This document shows positions 16,173 through 25,861 of a stretch of 32,000 bases of DNA, in pieces. The position numbers and the translations under genes are program-made. The notes below the pieces were generated by a model, which did not search any database, was not told the origin of the DNA, and saw only the letters and a list, made by a program, of their open reading frames with translations. The first letter of the stretch is position 1; the number at the start of each line of letters is the position of its first letter. Source of the stretch: a virus; the IMG/VR virus record IMGVR_UViG_3300029341_000012, positions 1-32,000 of that record; one strand, 5' to 3'.

Positions 16173-16365
16173 TATTATTTGGGTCGTTGTGTTTCTCTGC
16201 GTTCTCATCGCGTCCTGCTTTGGAATGTACTATTTCCAGGGTGAGAACAAACAAAAATTTGTGTTTTGCTTTTTGCTGGTAGCATTATCTTTTGGAGTTC
16301 TTGCGTTTCGGCTCCTGGATATTGCCTACACAATGATAAACGCAGCTGTCAAAGCCGCACAATGA
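16165..16365 (+). CDS. Small two-TM membrane protein
   Basis: ATG overlaps previous stop; MADIIWVVVFLCVLIASCFGMYYF...FCFLLVALSFGVLAFRL. Confidence 0.6.
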   Translation: MADIIWVVVFLCVLIASCFGMYYFQGENKQKFVFCFLLVALSFGVLAFRLLDIAYTMINAAVKAAQ

Positions 16366-16392
16366 CCTTTTTGCAATTCTCAAACTGTTTTT

Positions 16393-16430
16393 TGGCAGAC
16401 CTTCCAACCGAGGGCCTGCCTTTTTTATTG
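16393..16430 (+). terminator. Terminator-like hairpin between ORFs, just upstream of RBS
   Basis: TGGCAGACCTTCCAACCGAGGGCCTGCCTTTTTTATT. Confidence 0.6.
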
Positions 16431-16448
16431 TTGCCAGGAGGAAAATCT

Positions 16449-17330
16449 ATGAAAATCCGATTCTATACAAACAACAAAGAAGCTATTGTATTCGACCTTG
16501 AGGATGTTTTGAAGCAGCTCAACATTGAAGAGCAGGTAGCCACTGTCGGCCTTGTCATTGAAAAAGACGAGGCCGAGGTTGAGGCAATCGCTCAGACAAT
16601 ACAAGACGATTATCCGAACATGTACCTTCAGGCAAAAGAATACGGGCGAAATCTGACCTTGGCTTGTGCGGAGCTTCCGAACCCTACTAACCCGGATATT
16701 GTAACCTACCTCTATGCGGGCGATGATGCTACGGAAACTGACAGTTGGATTGCGAAAGTGAACAACACAATTCGTGCGCAAGGGGATAACAGTGAACGGC
16801 TCATCCATATTGACTCGAATCTCGCTGCCGTGGTAGAAGCAAACGAAACGGAACAAGGATACTATGCTTCCACCGTGTCGCAGCATGACAAGGCTACAAA
16901 CGAAATGCTGAGTTTCCGGCAGATTGCAGAGTCGTTGGAAGCTGTTGGGGATAACTACAAGTACCAGAGCGCAAGCAACATTCTGACTGCAAGAACCAAA
17001 GCAGAGCGGAACTATATTGTCCGGCTTATCAAGATGTATTGCGACGATACCAAATACCTTTCCGGTGCTATGCCGCAAAGTGAGTACCCGTTCTGTGTCC
17101 AGAACGTTGACGCTCTGAACCAGCGTGATGCGCAGTGGTCCGAAATCAAAGAGTATCTTGCACAGGACGAGAATCGCAACAAGCTGGATGTGATTCTTGG
17201 CTTCGTGCCGGATGCGGAGAGCGACAAGACTCTAATTCTGCACAGCATTGAAGAAAAAGGGAAGGCCATGTCTGATTCTGAAATCGAAAAAGCATATAAT
17301 TTGCTGTTTGGTGACTGTAGCAATGGATGA
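16449..17330 (+). CDS. Hypothetical protein (293 aa)
   Basis: CAGGAGG RBS before ATG 16449. Confidence 0.8.
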   Translation: MKIRFYTNNKEAIVFDLEDVLKQLNIEEQVATVGLVIEKDEAEVEAIAQTIQDDYPNMYLQAKEYGRNLTLACAELPNPTNPDIVTYLYAGDDATETDSWIAKVNNTIRAQGDNSERLIHIDSNLAAVVEANETEQGYYASTVSQHDKATNEMLSFRQIAESLEAVGDNYKYQSASNILTARTKAERNYIVRLIKMYCDDTKYLSGAMPQSEYPFCVQNVDALNQRDAQWSEIKEYLAQDENRNKLDVILGFVPDAESDKTLILHSIEEKGKAMSDSEIEKAYNLLFGDCSNG

Positions 17331-17336
17331 ATAATC

Positions 17337-17415
17337 TTGCGCTTTCGTGCGAGACCCGTATGATTTAGCTTGTACGATAGATACCATCTACTAAGCACAC
17401 TGTGTGCTCGTACAA
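17337..17415 (+). promoter_or_regulatory. Class B promoter and structured leader
   Basis: TTGCGC-TTTCGTGCGAGACCCG-TATGAT, then TTAGCTTGTACGATAGATACCATC; TTGTACGA (17370-17377) pairs with TCGTACAA (17408-17415). Confidence 0.7.
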
Positions 17416-17426
17416 TTCACACTTCG

Positions 17427-17467
17427 CTTTAAGGCGGACTTCCCACACCGGGAGGTTCGCCTTTTTG
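17427..17467 (+). terminator. Terminator-like hairpin in leader
   Basis: AAGGCGGACTTCCCACACCGGGAGGTTCGCCTTTTTG. Confidence 0.6.
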
Positions 17468-17490
17468 CGTACAAAAAAAGGAGTGTTATA

Positions 17491-17895
17491 ATGGATAACG
17501 TATGGACAAATCTTGGCAACCGACTCGAAACTGCTTGGAAAAGACCAACAAGGCCCAACTCTAAACGCCCGAAAGACGGTGAAATCATCGACGAAGAGAA
17601 ATCGGTGCGCTGGAACAGGGAAGAGGTCGTTCGCCGACAGAAAGCCTGGGATGCGGAATGCTCTCGGCTGAAGAAGGCGCAGAATGCAGAAATCGAACAC
17701 ATCTCGGAAGCTATCGAACTTCAAATTCAGGAAGACATCAAAGCCAAAACGAAACGCAGCATTTCCAAAAAGGCTGCAACCATCCTCTGGCAAAAAGCCT
17801 ACGACCGTGGCCACGCCTATGGTTTCGCTGACATCTACTGTGCCATCGAGGACTACGAGGAGCTGGTTGTTGCCGTACTCACAAACGCCCGCTGA
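17491..17895 (+). CDS. Hypothetical protein (134 aa)
   Basis: AAGGAG RBS before ATG 17491. Confidence 0.75.
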   Translation: MDNVWTNLGNRLETAWKRPTRPNSKRPKDGEIIDEEKSVRWNREEVVRRQKAWDAECSRLKKAQNAEIEHISEAIELQIQEDIKAKTKRSISKKAATILWQKAYDRGHAYGFADIYCAIEDYEELVVAVLTNAR

Positions 17896-17926
17896 ACTCA
17901 ACCACAAATCACAGAAAGGAAAAAAT

Positions 17927-18736
17927 ATGAAATTAAACGAATATCTCACAGAAAACGGCGTCAAGCTGATGATTAAAGGCTCCGGAGAAAATTATCCTCC
18001 ACGCCAGACAAACGACCTCGGTATGTACGATTACGCCGAAGGTCTTGAAAACGTCATCGGCAAAATGGCTTGGATTTGCGATTATCGCGCAAATGCAGAC
18101 CCGACCAAAAAGCCGATTCGTAACATCAAGCCTACCCCGGTTGTTGTAACGGACGCAAAAGAAACGAGCAAAACCATCTATTATTCTCCGGTCTATTTTC
18201 GGCCGGTAAATCGGGGTAAGATTTCTTCAACCGTCATTGCCCCATTGGACAACACCGGGTATCGCTGCTGCTCCGGCACTTCCGTCAACATCTTCTACAC
18301 GAAAGAAAAGTGCGTGAAGTGCTATCGGGAGCAGGTTCGACAGGCAAACGAGATTTATGAGAAAGAGAAGGCTCGCATCATCAAAGAGTTCGACGCTCGC
18401 ATGCAGATTCTCAATGATTCTCTCACGCCGTTCAACGATGTCCCGCAGAGCGACTACACCGTTGTTGCAAAAATGGATGTTACGAACGATTCTCTCGGAT
18501 ACAATGAGAAAAATCGGCATTTTTATCTCGAGACGACCCGAACCATGATTCCGACTCGCTATATCATCGAAATGCTCAAGATGCAGGCACTGATTGGCCT
18601 GGTGGATGAACTCCGTGCAAACACCACCTGGCAAAAGGGCGTCCCTTTCCGTATCCTTATCAGAACAACAGTTTTCGTGGATGGTATTGAAGATGTCAGC
18701 CAGGCCACAACGGAATCTCAAACCATTACCCTTTGA
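17927..18736 (+). CDS. Hypothetical protein (269 aa)
   Basis: AAAGGA RBS before ATG 17927; contains CVKCYREQVRQANEIYEKEK. Confidence 0.8.
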   Translation: MKLNEYLTENGVKLMIKGSGENYPPRQTNDLGMYDYAEGLENVIGKMAWICDYRANADPTKKPIRNIKPTPVVVTDAKETSKTIYYSPVYFRPVNRGKISSTVIAPLDNTGYRCCSGTSVNIFYTKEKCVKCYREQVRQANEIYEKEKARIIKEFDARMQILNDSLTPFNDVPQSDYTVVAKMDVTNDSLGYNEKNRHFYLETTRTMIPTRYIIEMLKMQALIGLVDELRANTTWQKGVPFRILIRTTVFVDGIEDVSQATTESQTITL

Positions 18737-18749
18737 TGAACTATTAAGA

Positions 18750-18795
18750 GCGCACGCCCCGTCTATAGCCGTAAGGCTTAGGTGGGGAGGTTCAC
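18750..18795 (+). mobile_element. IS200/IS605-type end hairpin (orphan)
   Basis: CGCACGCCCCGTCTATAGCCGTAAGGCTTAGGTGGGGAGGTTCAC. Confidence 0.6.
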
Positions 18796-18826
18796 AAAAA
18801 AACAAAACAATACATATGTGAGGTAA

Positions 18827-20893
<2,067 letters not shown>

Positions 20894-20905
20894 GGAGGTC
20901 TCGGA

Positions 20906-21151
20906 ATGTACGGCTTTGACCGCATCATCAAGGCTGCGGAGTTCTGTGACTTTCACGACGCATTTGCCTCTGACATCAAACGCTGTGAAAATGCTCTTGG
21001 CATGGGTGGCCTCATGGCAATCAATGCTGAATGTTGGCTTGATGTCTTGAGCGCCATGCCGGATGCTGAAATCGCAGAGTATGTCCACACTAAGTATAAG
21101 CCCGGTCTCTTGAATCCGTTTAAGGGAACGTCCTTGTACATCAAATCTTAA
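20906..21151 (+). CDS. Hypothetical protein, paralog of 5368..5619
   Basis: GAGGAGG RBS; shared AECW and Y(K/R)PGLLNPF motifs. Confidence 0.75.
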   Translation: MYGFDRIIKAAEFCDFHDAFASDIKRCENALGMGGLMAINAECWLDVLSAMPDAEIAEYVHTKYKPGLLNPFKGTSLYIKS

Positions 21152-21194
21152 CCTCTTGCCGCTTGCCCTTCACAGGGTGAGCGGCTTTTTCTTT

Positions 21195-21222
21195 TTGACT
21201 TTATTTGCGATTCCCCGATAAT
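21195..21222 (+). promoter_or_regulatory. Class A promoter
   Basis: TTGACT-TTATTTGCGATTCCCC-GATAAT, spacer 16 nt. Confidence 0.65.
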
Positions 21223-21247
21223 AAAAGTACGAACATACGAAAGGAGC

Positions 21248-22345
21248 ATGTCGTCGATGCTCAAAAAGCTCAAATTCTTAATTTTTTGTGCATTTGTTGT
21301 TTGCGCCGCAATGCCAGCTACAGTATATGCCGAAAGCTTCACAACTCAGAATGCTGCTGTCGAAACTATAACTCAACACACCCTAACCTTTAACCCAAAC
21401 TGCACAGACGACTCCTATTTCATCTCTGAATCGTCCATCGATATTCCCGAATCGCATAAATATGGTACGCTTCCTGTTCCGAGTCGAAAAGGCTATGAGT
21501 TTCTTGGGTGGTATACCGCATCGGATGGCGGAAATAAAGTATCTGAATCCACGGTCATGGGCAGCAGCGATACCATTGTATATGCTCATTGGACTGCCTA
21601 TACCATCACTATTAACTATCACAACGACGGTGCTCAGACATGGCATTCCTATTGCACACATGCAGTCAACAGCTGTACGAACCTTGACATCGTTGAATCG
21701 GAATCTACCGCCTATGACACAGCGTATACCCATGCAGAGTACGGTATTCTGGATGTCGGCCGCTTCACAAAAGCAGGATACAAAGCCAGCAATCGCTGGA
21801 AAGTTGGGTCCAAAGACAGTTCCGTGATGGTGGTGGACACAAACTGGAGCGAGGAGCTCGCAGCAAGCGCAACTGGAAAAACCGTGGCAAAATATCTCGG
21901 CGTGGATGCTCAGCTTGAGCAGAGCAATGTGACCGTTGACCTCTACCCGTATTTTATCGAGGACTCGTATAATTCCGTTGTAAACGGTGTGACACCCGCC
22001 TCCACAACGGTTGAAGCATATGTACCCACGCTGTATTCGCTCATTGTGCCTGAGAGCGTAACTTTAGGCGGGAATGCTGGCAGCGGTGAAAAGACAGCGA
22101 CTTTGCCCGTGATGGTGAAAGGCGACATCGGCCTATCGCAGGAAGTCAATGTCAGCACAACGCCTCCCACCATGAAAAGCAACAAGGCGGCGGATGTGCT
22201 TGCGAGCGTGGAAACTCCCAAAGCAGTGTGGAACCGTGACGACGCCTTAGCCAGTATCACCTCGAACTATACGGTGAAAGCAAATCTGACTCCAGGTGAT
22301 TGGAGTGGTACAGTATCTTTTGTTTGCTCTGTATCGGAGAACTAA
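21248..22345 (+). CDS. Exported protein with InlB/Listeria-Bacteroides (Flg_new) repeat-like region
   Basis: Signal peptide LKFLIFCAFVVCAAMPATVYAES; TLTFNPNC...YGTLPVPSRKGYEFLGWYTASDGGNKVSESTVM...IVYAHWTAYTITINYH. Confidence 0.8.
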   Translation: MSSMLKKLKFLIFCAFVVCAAMPATVYAESFTTQNAAVETITQHTLTFNPNCTDDSYFISESSIDIPESHKYGTLPVPSRKGYEFLGWYTASDGGNKVSESTVMGSSDTIVYAHWTAYTITINYHNDGAQTWHSYCTHAVNSCTNLDIVESESTAYDTAYTHAEYGILDVGRFTKAGYKASNRWKVGSKDSSVMVVDTNWSEELAASATGKTVAKYLGVDAQLEQSNVTVDLYPYFIEDSYNSVVNGVTPASTTVEAYVPTLYSLIVPESVTLGGNAGSGEKTATLPVMVKGDIGLSQEVNVSTTPPTMKSNKAADVLASVETPKAVWNRDDALASITSNYTVKANLTPGDWSGTVSFVCSVSEN

Positions 22346-22438
22346 ACACAATGTTGCACGACTTTGCACGATGTTGTAACATTCTAAAAAGCCACTAACA
22401 CGCGTGCAAACTTTTTTCAAAAAAGTTTATACAGCTTC

Positions 22439-22490
22439 TTGACGGCGTGTGCGACACCCATAAAATAGATAATGTAACAGAGATATCATT
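22439..22490 (+). promoter_or_regulatory. Class B-like promoter
   Basis: TTGACG-GCGTGTGCGACACCCA-TAAAAT, then AGATAATGTAACAGAGATATCATT. Confidence 0.6.
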
Positions 22491-22524
22491 GATTTGCCAT
22501 AGTTCATATACCTCCTGGAAGAAG

Positions 22525-22565
22525 GACAGATGCCCATATTGGGTTTCTGTCCTTTTTCTTTTTGA
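22525..22565 (+). terminator. Terminator-like hairpin
   Basis: AAGGACAGATGCCCATATTGGGTTTCTGTCCTTTTTCTTTTT. Confidence 0.7.
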
Positions 22566-22919
22566 GGATTCCCGCAGACTTTCTGCGTTTTATATAGATT
22601 TATCCCACGGAATGTGGACTTCTGACAGCCGAAGGAAAGGCTGATTACATAGAATTGTCATGCTAATCAGCATGGCACGTATACACTGCGTCAATGTGTT
22701 TATATAAATGTTCCTGCACGCGAACGCCGCGTTAAGAGCGTATTTATATATACCGTATAACAATTACAAACCTTTAAGGAGGACATTACCATGATTCGAA
22801 ACATAATTTAGCGAGTAGACACCATTATCAGCAGCCACGAAACCAAAGCTAAGCAATTTGCAGTTAGCTATGGTTCATTCGTTCACGGTCTAATTAAGAC
22901 CTAGCTGAGCAAAGATGGT

Positions 22920-23159
22920 GTGATACTCGCGCTCCTGCTGGAGCAAGTGAAACTGACCGATGCCGCGAAAGCTCTGCTGCTTTTGGCAGTAGTATCAATC
23001 GCTGGCGCATTTCTTGTCAAGAAAGTCTTCAAAAATTACAGCCACATCAAAGGATTGGCCGAAGACTTTCTGAAATCAGCTGACGTTTTCGGAGCTGTTA
23101 AAGAAGCGATTTCTGATATCGCCAGCGGCTCCTGCAAAACAAACAACAAAAAAGAATAA
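22920..23159 (+). CDS. Small membrane protein, GTG start (uncertain)
   Basis: Hydrophobic AAKALLLLAVVSIAGAFLVKKVF; ORF closes cleanly but start is not well supported. Confidence 0.5.
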   Translation: MILALLLEQVKLTDAAKALLLLAVVSIAGAFLVKKVFKNYSHIKGLAEDFLKSADVFGAVKEAISDIASGSCKTNNKKE

Positions 23160-23241
23160 TAGCATCCCCGATATGGGGCTCACATTGCTGTGGAGATAAA
23201 TTCGAGAGCAGCACGGCAGCCCCACGTTACGGGGTTATATT

Positions 23242-24822
23242 ATGGCTAAGAAGAATAACAACGTCACTTTCAACGTCGGCATCACCAACCATTACTTTGA
23301 CGCTATTTCGCGCCAGAAGTTACCCATGAGCGATGCCGCTTGTGAACCGGTTGATAATGCCATCTCTAATTGCAAAGATGCCATTAACATCTTGGTCGCG
23401 ATTGTGAAAGGCCATGCCAAAAACCTAATCGGTGTGGTTATTGCCGACTGGGGCAATGGTATGTCTAAGGAAAAGCTGCCGGAAAACCTACAGTTTGGCA
23501 ACGGCCACAGCAATGAGGGCCCGCTGTGCATCCATGGCGTTGGCCTGAATAATTTCATTTTGGTTGCCACCCGCAACAAATATCCCTGGTTCATCGCTTC
23601 CAAGCAGCCTGGAGAGGACAGCTATCACCGCGTTGACGGCCCGTTCGCCACGACCATGACGATGTCCGAGCAGGAAGAGATTCCTATGGCAGATGTCGTT
23701 ATGCGTGAGCAGTTTAAGGCTCTTGGCGCTCCTTCTACCATCATCTATGTGGAGATGGACAAGGCTACCGCCAGCACCATGCTGACCAAGAACGGCAGCT
23801 GCGCTGAGAGCCGGGTCACCAGCCTGAACGTGCTGCGTACCTGCCTGGCTGAGCACTTTGGTGTCAAGTACCGCAATTACTTGGCACCTGACGCTACCGG
23901 CGTTGCTCCCGCCCGTATCCTGATTCCTGACTTCCATATGGCGAATGGCAAGACGTGCGATGTGCTCGTCAAGCCCATTTTCCAGCCGTATAAGGAGAAG
24001 CAGAAGGAAAAGAACTTCACTGTTGACTATGATGGGTACGAGATTCCTGTCAAGGTTGAGTGTGGTCAGCTGGATACGGATGCGACCAAAGGTGTTGTTA
24101 CTGGTGGCTATGACTTGAAGCATTTCTACCAGAACAACATGCTTACGCAGGGCTTGGATATCCAGCTCGGCGAGCGTGTTATCGCCACCGCTCAGTTTGA
24201 TACCATCTGGGACAAGGCTCGTCACCCGGCCTTCAACGCTTTCACCGGCGTTGTTGCTGTTGATATTTCCGGTCTGCCGCGTGGGTTCTTGAATACCCTC
24301 GCCAACAAGTCGGATATCGACCTGAGCGACAAGGGATGGCGTAAAATTTTCGACGCTATTGCCGAAAATGTGAAGCCTCTCGAAAGCGAGCCTCTCACTC
24401 TTGAGAAATATGCGCAGGATTTTGCAAATCGGCTGGTTGCAGACACCGGGAATGAAGTTGAACTCCAGTTCCCTCTGTACGCAAACCGGACTCGTATCGA
24501 CGTTCTGGAACATATCGACGAGTCCCACTGCAAGATTTATGACTTCATGAGCGGCGTTGCTACTTTGAAGTCTGTAACCGAGCTGCGGACTCATTGGGAT
24601 GGCATGGTTGCACAGGGCATTCAGCCTGTTTCGGCTGTGATGTTCTGCAATAAGCGCGGTCCTATGCTCAAACATACCTGCGACGAGATGAACACTCTCG
24701 TGCAGGCTATGAATGACGAGGACTTCTACATGACCCTCGAAGCTGCTGGTGGTGATGCATCTAAGATGCCGCACTACAACTTCGATGTTATTCTTGACCA
24801 GAGTATCCCCGTGAAGAAATAA
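23242..24822 (+). CDS. GHKL-fold (Hsp90/MutL/histidine-kinase-like) ATPase protein
   Basis: Bergerat-like motifs: ACEPVDNAISNCKDA, VVIADWGNGMSKEKLPENLQFGNGHSNEGPLCIHGVGLNNFILVA. Confidence 0.8.
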   Translation: MAKKNNNVTFNVGITNHYFDAISRQKLPMSDAACEPVDNAISNCKDAINILVAIVKGHAKNLIGVVIADWGNGMSKEKLPENLQFGNGHSNEGPLCIHGVGLNNFILVATRNKYPWFIASKQPGEDSYHRVDGPFATTMTMSEQEEIPMADVVMREQFKALGAPSTIIYVEMDKATASTMLTKNGSCAESRVTSLNVLRTCLAEHFGVKYRNYLAPDATGVAPARILIPDFHMANGKTCDVLVKPIFQPYKEKQKEKNFTVDYDGYEIPVKVECGQLDTDATKGVVTGGYDLKHFYQNNMLTQGLDIQLGERVIATAQFDTIWDKARHPAFNAFTGVVAVDISGLPRGFLNTLANKSDIDLSDKGWRKIFDAIAENVKPLESEPLTLEKYAQDFANRLVADTGNEVELQFPLYANRTRIDVLEHIDESHCKIYDFMSGVATLKSVTELRTHWDGMVAQGIQPVSAVMFCNKRGPMLKHTCDEMNTLVQAMNDEDFYMTLEAAGGDASKMPHYNFDVILDQSIPVKK

Positions 24823-24829
24823 CATCACT

Positions 24830-24863
24830 TGCCGTCATCCGAAAGGGTGGCGGCATTTTTTTG
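24830..24863 (+). terminator. Rho-independent terminator
   Basis: TGCCGTCATCCGAAAGGGTGGCGGCATTTTTTTG. Confidence 0.8.
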
Positions 24864-24956
24864 TTGAGCTATTGCTTAAACATCAAGATTCCTCATGTGG
24901 GGTGTAGCGTTTTGTACCGATATATGCTATAATTGGCACAAAAAGGAGGAACCGAC

Positions 24957-25337
24957 ATGGCAGAAAATAATAACAACGGTGGCAAAAACACTAATATCAT
25001 CACCAAAATCAACGATACCATTTCCAAAGTCCTGGGCGATTTCCCGCCCGTTGTTCAGACAATCGCAAAAATCGTTGTCTTCGGTGGGCTCATCCTGCTT
25101 ATCGCCAAAGCCATCGGCTATATTTTCCCGGTTATTGTGAACGTTCTTTTCAACCTCTTAGTCAAAATCGTTGGCTTCTGCATTCTGGCAGCCTTTCTTT
25201 ACGGCTGCTGGTACGAGGTAAAACTGCAAATGACTCGCGATGAAAACTCCTTCCTACTGAATGAACGTCTCAAGTATCAGAAAAAAGAATACGAGGAACG
25301 TGAGCGCAGAAGACAAGAACGAGATAACAGACGATAA
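24957..25337 (+). CDS. Small membrane protein (126 aa)
   Basis: AGGAGG RBS; VVQTIAKIVVFGGLILLIAKAIGYIFPVIVNVLFNLLVKIVGFCILAAFLYG. Confidence 0.75.
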   Translation: MAENNNNGGKNTNIITKINDTISKVLGDFPPVVQTIAKIVVFGGLILLIAKAIGYIFPVIVNVLFNLLVKIVGFCILAAFLYGCWYEVKLQMTRDENSFLLNERLKYQKKEYEERERRRQERDNRR

Positions 25338-25357
25338 TACATAATCACACATAGGCT

Positions 25358-25388
25358 GTCCAGCTTCGGCTGGGCAGCTTTTTTTGTT
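25358..25388 (+). terminator. Terminator
   Basis: AGGCTGTCCAGCTTCGGCTGGGCAGCTTTTTTTG. Confidence 0.7.
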
Positions 25389-25394
25389 TTCCTA

Positions 25395-25422
25395 TTGCAG
25401 GTTCTTGCGAATTGCATACCAT
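25395..25422 (+). promoter_or_regulatory. Class A promoter
   Basis: TTGCAG-GTTCTTGCGAATTGCA-TACCAT. Confidence 0.6.
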
Positions 25423-25446
25423 GAAATTTGTAGAAAGGAGTTTCTC

Positions 25447-25677
25447 ATGAAAACACTCGAATCGATTTTCAGTAGAACTGCACAGTTTGGCTTTCTCATT
25501 TATCTGACCGGCTGCTTTGGCCTGTTGATTGTTTTAGGCGCTGCAGTCGCAAAATGGCTTAAACTCATCAACGTAATTCAATATATTGCCTTTGCTTTTG
25601 GACTTGGACTCCTCACTTTGCTTATCGGCATGGTGGGTCTCTCACTCCTCGGCATTAGGGGTATTGAAGAATTTTAG
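25447..25677 (+). CDS. Small membrane protein (76 aa)
   Basis: AAAGGAG RBS; two hydrophobic segments. Confidence 0.7.
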   Translation: MKTLESIFSRTAQFGFLIYLTGCFGLLIVLGAAVAKWLKLINVIQYIAFAFGLGLLTLLIGMVGLSLLGIRGIEEF

Positions 25678-25679
25678 TG

Positions 25680-25855
25680 GAATGACCCCATCCCACTAAG
25701 TTCCTTCAATATCACAGGCGGATGTACTTTTGTACATCAAGATGACGAGCTGCACTTGTACGGTTTTCCCAGCTTGCAACCATGCGAAGGCGTCATCTAG
25801 CCAAGGGAAACACAACCTCCTGCTTCGGCAGGAGAGATTTATCGTAAAGGAGGTG
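25680..25855 (+). ncRNA. Probable omegaRNA of iscB copy 2 (boundaries approximate)
   Basis: Hairpins GTGGAATGACCCCATCCCAC, long-range GATGACG...CGTCATC, CCTCCTGCTTCGGCAGGAG, immediately upstream of IscB. Confidence 0.55.
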
Positions 25856-25861
25856 GCGAAT

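Noticed and set aside
23488-24828. 446-aa minus-strand ORF
   Set aside because: Antisense to the GHKL ATPase gene; treated as a shadow ORF from codon bias.
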